Source of the DNA: Hypanus sabinus
Lineage: Eukaryota
Reading direction: 5' to 3'
Length of the DNA: 64,000 nucleotides
Assembly (NCBI RefSeq): GCF_030144855.1
Contig: NC_082721.1
Span: 26,722,001 to 26,786,000, forward strand
Within the stretch, counting starts at the first letter, position 1; every line of letters begins with the position of its first letter. The position numbers were made by a program, and so were the translations under genes. Shown here piece after piece: positions 54,124 to 64,000 of this stretch. The notes below the pieces were generated by a model. That model was not told the DNA's origin. It worked only from the letters and a program-made list of their open reading frames with translations, and made no database searches.

Positions 54124-54227
54124 CAACACACACAAAATGCTGGTAGAACACAGCAGGCTAGGCAGCATCTATAGGGAGAAGCGATGTCGACGTTTCGGGC
54201 CGAGACCAGCATCTGCAGATTTCCTCG
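54124..54227. mobile_element. Miniature (about 104 bp) PLE insertion made of two inverted ends, with TSD
   Basis: TATTTGGAAGTGCA is duplicated at 54112-54125 and 54228-54241. The interior is an inverted pLTR end plus the tail CCAGCATCTGCAGATTTCCTCG. Confidence 0.8.
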
Positions 54228-55312
54228 TATTTGGAAGTGCAGTGCTTTGTAACAAAATTCAATGATACCAAGAGCCTTGTGCAGATACCAAGGTGAGAGA
54301 GAGGTAGTTTCTAGGGTAAGTGGAGAATGAATGGAAGAGGAAATCCTGGCTGCTTCTCCCCAACCATTACCAATTCATCTATCTCAGCCCAGTGGGTACT
54401 GATGACAGTTACAATCAAGAGCACTTATCATGGCTGACAACATGATAAATAATATACAATTCAGCATTGTTGTTTTGAGAAACATCCAGAGGTGACAGTT
54501 TGAATTATGAAGGTCTGTCCTAAGTTGACTAAGGTTATCACTGGGAAGTTGATTTGCCCATTCAATCCTCACCTAACATCGAGTCAGGAAAAGGATCCTA
54601 GGACGCACTCTTTGTCTGGACCAGGGCATGGAGAAAGGAGGGGGAGTGCAGCAAGACATAGCAAAGTGTGTCAAGCAGTAGCACCTTCACTTTTGTTAGA
54701 AGGTCATGGGTATACCTCCTGCTTCTATATATAGTTTATGTCTTAGAAACAGACTATTTGGTCTGGTTAGTTTGTTCTGGTGATTTTCCTCCTCATAAAT
54801 AATCATTTCCCAACCTATCAACATATATTCTGTTCTTCACTTTCTTATATTTTTATCAAACTTCATTTCAAATGCATCCATGTAGAGAGCTTCAACTATT
54901 CACATCATGTTTCATGTTATCAACAATCATTGGGGAAGGGTTTCACCTGAATTTCAACTAGACTTTTTAGTGACTGCCTTGCATTTAAAATCAGAGCCCT
55001 AGTTTTAATGTGTGCCATTAATTTCAACTCATTAAACCCCTCCATGATATTACCCCCATTACAGTACATCACAGAATTGGCTTTCTTCTAACAGTGACAA
55101 TTGGAATCATATCTTTGTCGTTCAGTCCAAGCTTTAGGAAACAATGGTTTCCTTTAAACCTGAGTCCTGAGAGCTCAAGGTACTCACTGCCCCAACCATC
55201 AGCTCACGGAGTGGCAGCCAGATTCAGTGGTTGGGGTCAAGCAGGCCAGGACATGGGCAAGTGTGCACAAGGCAGCCAACCTCGGAAAAGGTGTATGATG
55301 CAATATTCCCAC

Positions 55313-55401
55313 CTGTGCTTCAGTTCCCGAGCTTCCTCCTCGTATGTTTCATTCCCTGGATGGTCCAATGCATTCTGTTTGGCAAGTTGTAGTTGAGCTG
55401 T
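55313..55401 (-). CDS. REX1BD: REX1BD exon 4
   Basis: TAQLQLAKQNALDHPGNETYEEEARELKH(R); 89 nt. Confidence 0.9.
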
Positions 55402-55899
55402 CTGGAGGACGAGAACAGAAGTATGAACTTTACCTCTCCAAATCACATTGTCCTTTCCTTAGGATACTAGACACATTCACTTTTCTCAGTTATACTGTAC
55501 TAATTCAGGAATGTCCACGAGAAAGCAGAATGAGCACTCATGGCCTCATTCCCATGAGGCTGGCTAGCCAAATGACAGCAGCTTGGGCTTCAACAATCTC
55601 ACGAGCAGTGAGAAGATCTAATTTTTGCCTAATGTCAGCTCAATCAAAATGGAAAATGAATGGTGCCATGCTGAGGTGGGCTGAGGGAAGATTCCCCAGG
55701 TTTGCTGCTTGGTATCTGCAATGTACTGACCCACATATGACGATGTTAGATGGAGCCAGAAGATAATCTGCTGAAGGTACTCAGCGGATCCAACAGATTG
55801 CCTGGTGCTGCATATTCAGCATCTGCAGTTTCTTGTGTCTCTAGAAGACAATTTCATAATTGTGCTTTTTAAACAACAACAATGAATTAATCTGAGTTA

Positions 55900-56000
55900 A
55901 GCAACACACACAAAATGCTGGAGGAACTCAGCAGGCCAAGTAGCGTCTATGGAAATAAAATACAGTTGACATTTCAGGCCGAGACGCTTCGGCAAGACTG
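55900..56000 (-). mobile_element. PLE terminal fragment ending at hammerhead stem I
   Basis: CAACACACACAAAATGCTGGAGGAACTCAGC... through GGCAAGACTG; homologous to the other PLE ends. Confidence 0.7.
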
Positions 56001-56362
56001 ATCTGATCTGCTTGTTTTTTCACTATTGATCTACAAGTTTTAACACTGCAAGTATTTATGCTTTTCCTGCCTTCTCAAACAGATCATTTCAGGTCACTGT
56101 GACTTGCGTCCAAAAGAAAATCCTAATCTTCCACGTGGTTCTTTTGGTGATCACCCTAACGCTGTCTTCTGGTTACTAACCCTCCTCCTAAGAGAAATAA
56201 TATGTCCTTACTTACTCTTTCAAAATCTATCCTTTGTTTCTACTGTTTATAAACAATTGCCTCTCCCTGTATTCTCCCAACATCACCTTTCCCTCAAACT
56301 CCACACATACCCACAGTATCTCACAACTATCCCTCTTCCTTCATAACACCCCAACACCTTAC

Positions 56363-56567
56363 CATCACCAGTTTCTCCTGCTCCCGTTCCTGAATTCTTT
56401 CAATGTGTTTTGAGAGGTCTGGGCGGTCGAACTCCTCATGAAATCGATCCCTGAGATGAATCACTTCCTTTGAGATGCGGTTAAAGGCCTGTGTGATTTC
56501 ATGTACAAGTTGCCGGTATCTGATGAAGTCATAATGAGGAGCTGAGCGGAGATAAGCCTGGTGTCCT
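56363..56567 (-). CDS. REX1BD: REX1BD exon 3
   Basis: GHQAYLRSAPHYDFIRYRQLVHEITQAFNRISKEVIHL...IQEREQEKLVM; 205 nt, phases consistent. Confidence 0.93.
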
Positions 56568-56866
56568 CTGGAACAGAGAGCAGTTAAAATGATCATAGAT
56601 GCCTGTGGTTTTTTAAACACCAGTTTTCCAGCAATCATGAGGTACCCTGCCTCTGGTTCTCTTCTGTTAGCTGAGATCAGTGGAGGTAAAGCCTAGGGGA
56701 GCTCTGGTAAAATGCAGGGGGATACAGTAGAGTGTGGAAGAGGGTGGTGGGATGGAGGAAGGAAGTGTTGGGGGGGGGCAAGAAGGAGGTCAGAATGGAA
56801 GTGGGAGCTGGGTGGGGTTGGGGAAATGCCACAGATTGAGTGCAGGGGAGAAGTAAATCAGTAGAG

Positions 56867-56946
56867 CAAGGGTTCCTAACCTTTTTAATGCTATGGACCC
56901 CTAACATTAACCAACGGGTCTATGGACCTCAGGTTCAGAACCCCTG
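56867..56946. mobile_element. hAT (Charlie-like) MITE, 80 bp
   Basis: TIRs CAAGGGTTCCTAAC and GTTCAGAACCCCTG; 8-bp flanks CAGTAGAG and CTCTAGAG (NTCTAGAN-type target). Confidence 0.7.
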
Positions 56947-58012
56947 CTCTAGAGGCTGGTGTGGGATGGGGGGAGTCCAGAGAAAGGGTGGGGTGGGATG
57001 CAGTGGGGAACCCTATAAAGAGGGTTGGGTGGGAAACTCCACAGAAAAGGTGGGATGGAGTGGAATGTGGTAGAGAGCTCCAGAGAAAGGGTGGGTTAGG
57101 GATGGGGATCTCCAGAGAGAGGGTGGGGAAAATAGGGATGGTTTGGGAGGCAGGAAGCATGCTAAAGCGAGTGGGAGGGGTAGGGAGAAGGGTAAAGATG
57201 GAGGCCGGTGGAGTTGTGGTGGGGAAGAAGGCAGCTGAGGCTGGGATGGGAAAGAGGGAGAGCAGATTGTGGGAGGAAGCAAGGATTACCAAAGGACGCA
57301 AGGTAATGGGCACTTTTTGGGGAAAAATAGGTTAGAAACATGAAATTCAGAGATTGGGAATGTGAAAATGGGTTAAAGAAAAGGGCAAATGATGAACTAG
57401 GAGGTTGAGAAGCAGAGAGAAATTGCAAATGAAAGACAAACATAAGCATGGCAGAGAGCAAGTGGGTGATCAGATGGAGAATGAACAAAGAATGTGAGTG
57501 ATATGCAGATAAAATGTCAGAGTTAAGAATAAGAAAAAAAGCAACAAATATTCTAAGTGAGAGTGAAATGCAAAACTTGTAGAAACCAAGTTGAATGATT
57601 AGACGATTTAAAGATTAAACCAGAACTGTAAGTGATTTCTGCTGCCTGTTACAGCATGTCAGTCATGCACCTTTCAGTATAATTACTCCTTTTGTGTCCA
57701 ACTTGTTTAACTTCTATAAATAAAGTTGTTTAATTGATTTGGAATGTGAGCCCAGTTGCATGTTTAATAACGCAGCAGATACTAGCTTGTGATCTCAAGA
57801 TCTGTTGGGATGGAAGATCTGACAGATAAAAGTTGACTTGGGGGAAAAGGAGACAAATTTCTTAAAATGCGGCTGCTTTGGTAATGCAGATATTCCTATG
57901 AGAGAGAGACACGCGCCAAAACCAAAGTACAATCCATACAGGAATGAAAGGGGAAACTGGGAATTTGTCTTTTTTAAGTGATTAAAGAAATTTGTAGGGT
58001 ATATTTACTTAC

Positions 58013-58095
58013 AAATCAAACAGCCTATAAGCTTCAACACGCTCCTCCTGTAGGGTATACAGGCTCCGCACCAACGCTGTCAGACTACTTGCATT
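58013..58095 (-). CDS. REX1BD: REX1BD exon 2
   Basis: NASSLTALVRSLYTLQEERVEAYRLFD(L), similar to human [21 protein letters not shown]. TAG acceptor, GTAAGT donor; absent from the ORF track. Confidence 0.88.
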
Positions 58096-58489
58096 CTATG
58101 ACCAAAACAAAAGAAATGATTAGTAAGATGCACGATGCAAATGGAGAGCTTTCAGCTCGTCACATTTGGGCTGGTTTCTTGAAAATGCTATTTACCTGGT
58201 CTTACTTGCTCACTTCAACCAGAACTGTCCTAATATTAGCTCTCTCGGTACCAATCCAATTTTCCTTTTAAAGTTACTGTTGAGTAAATTCCCAACAATT
58301 TTTGAGGTAAAAAAATTCCAGATTATAAATCATTTCACAAAACACTTTTTCCTTGTTTTCCAACTGGGGCTCATTTGCCAAACACTAAAATCTACATAAA
58401 CTTGTGTTTCTAGTGTCTTTCATCATCACAAGATGCCTCAAAACACTTTCGAGCCAATTATGTACTTTTAGTGGGGTAACCATTGACCA

Positions 58490-59000
58490 TAAGACCAATG
58501 CGCAGATTTAGGCTGTTCGGCCCACTAGTCTGCCCACCATTCCATCGTGGCTGACTTATTATCCCTCTCAACCCCATTCTCTTGCCTGCTCAAGTAACCT
58601 TCGATGCACTGATTAATGAAGTACCTACCGAGGTCTGCCTTAAGTATACCTAACGACTTGGCCTGTACAGCCATGTGTGGCAAAGAGTTCCATAGGTTCA
58701 CCACCCTCTGGCTTAAGAAAAATTTCCTCATCTCTGTTGCAAATGTACATCCCTTAATTCTGAGGCTGTGCCCTCTGGTCCTAGACTCCTCCACTAAAGG
58801 AAACATCCTCTCCATATGAACTCTAGCCAGACCTTTCAATATCTGATGAGATTGCCCCTCATTCTTCTGAACTCCAATGGGCACAAACCCAGAGCCATCA
58901 AACACTCCTCGTATCTTAACTCCTTCATTCCAGGAATTATTCTTGTGAACCTCCTCTGGACTCTCTCCAATGGCAGCACATCCCTTCATGGATAAGGTGC
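58490..59000 (-). mobile_element. CR1 3' fragment
   Basis: SRTRGHSLRIKG...FFLSQRVVNLWNSLP. Confidence 0.85.
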
Positions 59001-60689
59001 TCAGAGACCACCCAGAAATCTGATGGCAGAAGGGAAAAAGCTGCTCCTGTAGCGGGTCCTGTAGCTCCTCCCTGATGGTAGCAACAAGAAGGCATATCCT
59101 GGATCGTGGGAGTCAAAAAGATGGATGGTGCCTCCAGTCACCATACCAGGAGGCGATGGGTAACCAATCAGTTCAGCCATGATGTCACTCTTCTTGAAGT
59201 AATTACACTCACTCCTCCTCTCAGTCTTATCTCACCCCATTTCTACCATGAAAAAATGCAGAGGAAATTTAGGTGCTATATATCGTTTTTACAGAGCGGA
59301 AATAGCACCTTTTGGCCCTTACAGCCATGCTGCCCAGCAATCCCTTGATTTAATCCCATCTAATCAGGGGACAACCTACAATGACCTATCAAACAGTATG
59401 TCTTTGGACCACAGGAGGAAACCCAGGCGGTCACAGGGAGATGATGCAAACTCCTCATAGGCAGCGGTGGGAATTGAACCCGGTTTGCCTGTACTGTAAA
59501 GCATTGTGCTAACCACTACACATGCCACTGATGAGCCTGTAAATAGCCATGTGATTTAGTAGAAAGAACTTGCTCCACTGATTAATGAGATATTAGCCGA
59601 GCTCATTGTAACCTCAACAACATGGTAATCCATTTCAGTTGGAAAAAGGTATGAAAGATTGAAAGAGTTGGTGTTGAGAAAATGTTTGGGTGTTCTTTGA
59701 CACAAACTCCTAAAAGATTAATGTGCAGGTTTAGCACAAACACACACAGCAAGTTGGCCTTTATTATTAGAAGGGGATCCCAGTATAACATTTACAGAGA
59801 CAGGTGTGTAAAAAGGGCCCGAAGGATCACTGGGGACCCAAGTCACCCCAACCACAAACAGCTGCAGCCATCTGGGAAACGGTACCACAGCATAAAAACC
59901 AGGACCAACAGGCTCCGGGACAACTCCTTCTACCAGGCCATCAGACTGATTAACTCATGCTGATACAACTGTATTTCTATGCTATATACATTCTATTTAT
60001 TACAAACTACCATAAAGTGCACGTCGCAGCGTGAAGATTTTTACCCTTCGTGTATGTGAGGGATGTAAGAAATAAAGTCAATTAAATTCTTGCTCAATTA
60101 TATAACATCTGGTGAAACAACTTCTGGGATGCATGTTTAGGTGCGATTTCTTGACTGACAGGAGGTTATTTTTGCTATAGACTCGTGGCATAGAGAGAGT
60201 GCAATGAAGGTTCAAAGATTGAAAGCTGGGATGAGGAATTTATCATATGTATTGATGTGCAGCATATTCTCCAAACATTTCAGCACGAGGTGGTCTTATT
60301 AAAATGTACAAGATTCTCCCAGAGCTTGACAGGGTAGATACCGGGAATATCCATCACCTAGCGGGCGTGCGTAGACCCTGGAATCATTGTCTCAGAATAT
60401 GGGGTCATCCATGCCAGAAAGAAATGAAAATTCCCTACTCAGAGGAGATGTGGAGGTTTGGTTTCTCGGGACATTCAATGGATTTTTTTTTGGATATTAA
60501 AGAAATCTATGGGTCCTTCAGGGAAGCGGTACTGAGATACGGCCGTCATCTGATGGAGGGGCGGACAAACCTTGAGGCACCAAACGGGCTGAATGGCCTA
60601 ATTCTCCTCCTATGTTTTATAAACAGAATGCACCTGTTTGATTTTTCTCGTTCTGCCTGCCCCTTCTCCATCGCTTTCCTTCCAACCCT

Positions 60690-61230
60690 GCACCCGTGAA
60701 CCTCGTTCCCTCGCCGATCTCCGGGGGAGGGGGTGAAGCTTCCAAGACCCTAAAGGAGCGGGGTAACTGGATCCATGGTGTGACGGAACCCCACTACCCA
60801 CTGCAGGCCTTACTCACCATAGCGCCTGCCCCTTGCCTGCTCCCGATTAGCCACAGGGGAGGAGCTGAAGCCGGGCGTTGGAATTCCGGCCAGGCCGGCC
60901 TCCCCACACAGCACCGCCGCCGCCCTCAGCGCGGTACTACGTCACATCGGGACCTCCACCGGCAGCGCCACCGCCGGCAGGCGGAGTCACTGCAGCCCAG
61001 TGGATGCAGCCCCAACAGCACCGCCAAGGCGAACTCCTGTTACTGCAGCAAAGTCATCCTTGTGCCGTCTGGCGCGTTCATCACTGCGCTACAACAGCGC
61101 GACTGCGCCTCTACAGGCCGGCAGGCGAACTGCACAGCAGAGCGTGCTCCCACGATCACACCACGACGGATGGGGCCGAAGGGTCGGTTATCGCCTCCAG
61201 CCAACGAAGCCGTGTTAGGACATCCACGCA
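60690..61230 (-). promoter_or_regulatory. CpG island / REX1BD promoter
   Basis: CpG-rich block with ETS-type TTCCGG and half-CRE ACGTCA around exon 1. Confidence 0.7.
60818..60820 (-). CDS. REX1BD: REX1BD exon 1 (only the ATG is coding)
   Basis: Minus strand reads ...GGCGCT ATG|GTGAGT inside the CpG island; phase 0 joins exon 2 (M-NASSLTALV). Confidence 0.7.
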
Positions 61231-61239
61231 GCCCAAATG

Positions 61240-62790
61240 TCTACTGAAGGTAGTTCCATGTCCCCGTATTTGGCCCACATCCCTCTAACTTTCCGCTCGA
61301 TGTATTTGTCGAAATATCGTTTTAGACATTTTAGTAATTCTATCTGCCTCCACTATTTCATTTCAAATACCCTCATTGTGAAAAAAATGGCTCTCTGGTC
61401 TCTTTAAATTTTTTCCCTTCTCCCCTTAATTCTGTAATTTTGAGAGCGGCTACAACAGGAAAATGATTGTAACCGTTCACCTTCATGTATGGTTTTCATG
61501 ATTTCATAAACGTCTACAAGGGCAACCCTCAGCCTCCTGCACTCCAGGGGGAAAAATAAAGTCTCAGCTCACCAGTGTCTCCTGAGAGTCAATTCCCAGT
61601 CCTGGCAACATCATTATGAAATATTTTCATGCTGTCTATCTGTGCCCCCTCTTCCAGTGAACTCTGCACCTGTAACATCTGGTCACTCTTCTATAGCACT
61701 TTCCAAGGCCGTACCATTTCTTGAGTAACTTACCAAAGGTACAAATCTCGCTATTATCCGAGTTAAATTCCATTTGCCCTTCTCTGACCCACTTCCCAAG
61801 TTGGTCACGATGCCCTTGTAAACTTGGTTAATCCTCTTCACTATCCGCTACCCCACCCGTTCTGGTGCCATTCACAAAAATGTGGATAACATTGTCATCA
61901 GTATAAAAGGTGACAAACAGCAGCAGACTCTGCACCAAACTCTCGGACATATTACTGGTTACAGGGCGCCAATCTGAAAAACCCTCTGCTTTACCCTCTG
62001 CTTCCTTCTACTGAGTTAGTTTTGTATCCACTTAGCTGGCTCACCCTGGATTTCATGTGATCAATCATTCTAGACTGGCTACCATGCAGGACCTTGTCAA
62101 AATCCTTGTTAAAATGAATTTTGGCCCTGTCTACAACCCTGCCCTTGTCAATGTCCTTGGTCACCTTTTCAAAAACAAATCATATCCATGAGACTTGATT
62201 TTCCATGCAAAAAATTATGCTGACTGTCTTCAATCAGTTTTTTCCAAATTCTGATGGTCCCACCACTGATGGGCTAGAGATCTCTGGCTTGTCTTTCTTA
62301 AATAAAGGCAGAATATTAATTACCTTCCAGTCTTCTGGCATCTCAGCCATGACTAAGGAACTTACAACTATCTCTGTCAGAATTCATGCAATTTCTTCTT
62401 AGGTTCCCACAATGGTCAGTTCATGGGATTTATCCACCTCATTATGCAATAAGATTACAAAAGAGGAATTGCTGGCAATGTGGACCTTCTCCACAGTAAA
62501 TACAGATGAGAAATATTCATGAAATCTAACCTGTCTCATGTGACTCCACACATAAACAGTTACATTGACCATTAAGGAGACAATTGGCTCCCTAATAACC
62601 CTTGTGCTCTAAATGTGCTTGGAGAATCTCTTGGGATTGTCCTTATCTGTCAGAGCTATCCTTCTGATGTTCCTCTTGTAAACTCAGGGGATCCCAGCTG
62701 CCTGTACCCATCATGAATCATTTTTCTTCTGAGAAGACCCTCAATATCCTTCATCAACTGAAGTTCTCTCTCAACAGATAAACTGGGCTG
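61240..62790 (-). mobile_element. Old CR1 remnant
   Basis: Reverse-complement similarity to the CR1 RT and 3' regions (GGACCTTGTCAAAATCCTTG, CCTGGCAACATC). Confidence 0.65.
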
Positions 62791-63287
62791 ATGATCAAGT
62801 GAGGACCATCTGAGGCTAGATTCTGAGTGGGATGGAGAATTAACAAGGGATGGGCAACTGGAGGCTCAGAGTCAGTCCTGCAGGTGTTCGGCATGTTAGT
62901 TGCTCCCCATCTGTATTTAGATTCTCGGATATAAAGGGGGCCACCTTTAACACACTAAATTAGAAGGATTGCTTTGATCCTGGATGAAGGGAAGGGGAGA
63001 GGCAAAAGGGCAGGTGTTGCATCTTCCATGGTTGCACAGGAACGTGCTGAGAGAAGAGGAGTGGCTTGTAGAGATGAAAAAATCAGACAGGGATGCATGC
63101 TGTGTAGTGGTAAATGTAGCACTTTACAGTGCCACTGATCGGAAGATTGGGTTCAATTTCCTGCTGAGAGTACAGGAAAGGTATGTTTCTGTTAGGAAGG
63201 AAGAATGGGGATGGAAAGATAAGAGAACCTTGTATGTCCAGAGAGGTGATGGATTTAGTCGAGAAGAAAAAGGAGCAGTATGCATAG

Positions 63288-64000
63288 TGTTACGGATTCA
63301 GGCAACAAATAAATATATGAGTTAGGCAAGGGTTTATATAACAAATAACACGTTTATTAATCACTGAAAACAAACCCCCCCCAAAATTAAACAAACACTA
63401 ACGTAACCGGAAATCAGCTGCTGTGCGGCAGCTGCATCTTAAAGCGATGCAGCTCAAACAGTTCTTAAAGCGATGTTGCAAAAACAGTTCTTTAAAGTAG
63501 TATTGCCAAAAGTTCAAAAATGCTCACAGTCCATTTAAAAGGAGAGACTTTATAGGACGATTTAAATTCTCTTTCACGTTGTTTTGCTTCGATCCCCGAC
63601 GTCGAACTTTTCCCACAAAGAATTTACGAAACGTAACGGTTTAAAGGCACTGACCTTTCCTTTATCTCACTGTCCTCAATCTTTTCTGCTATCCCGCAGA
63701 GATTAACATGAGGACAGTCAACGAATTCCTTCTGAATAAGGATCAAACAAGGTCGAACCCGTTTCACTGTCGAAAATTGATTCTCCTCGATCTTTAACTC
63801 CCGAACTCCGATCTTCACTCTCCGCTGATTCTCAACTAGCAGTATTGTAAAGAAACTGCTGGCAATGACCTTTTAAACTTTAGGCATTATAGTTTAATAA
63901 TCATCCTTCAACTAAACTGCGTCATCACATTAAATCACGCAGTGGCATGAAGTCAACATGGCAAATCCAGCCACGAACTGCCCCCCCCCCCCACAGGGTG
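63288..64000 (-). mobile_element. LTR-like element running off the right edge
   Basis: Abrupt TGTTACGG terminus, minus-strand AATAAA near 63353-63358, retained CpGs and internal duplications of CAGTTCTTAAAGCGATG. Confidence 0.55.

Noticed and set aside
60696-61288. 183-aa and 136-aa ORFs in the right CpG island
   Set aside because: GC-rich, stop-poor promoter sequence antisense to REX1BD exon 1; no recognisable homology.

Overview
Vertebrate genomic DNA with multi-exon genes and a dense repeat load. The repeat spectrum (CR1, Rex/Babar, Penelope-like, V-SINE/HE1-type SINEs) suggests a cartilaginous fish; this is inference. Three spliced genes can be rebuilt from GT-AG boundaries with consistent phases. 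TMEM59L (- strand) has exons 1-4 here and continues off the left edge. CRLF1 (+ strand) is complete with 9 coding exons. REX1BD/C19orf60 (- strand) is complete with 5 coding exons, about 153 aa. Order and orientation match the human 19p13 REX1BD-CRLF1-TMEM59L block. Most listed ORFs are spurious or decayed retroelement fragments. The most notable signals are: (1) Penelope-like retroelement copies with inverted pseudo-LTRs and TSDs, carrying minimal dimer-type hammerhead ribozyme motifs, including a shared CUGC core variant; (2) a dual-frame CRLF1 terminal exon controlled by a 37-nt exon; (3) a young 74/76-bp minisatellite inside an old degenerate repeat field upstream of CRLF1. I found no evidence for a wholly new system; the ribozyme-bearing elements belong to a known class.
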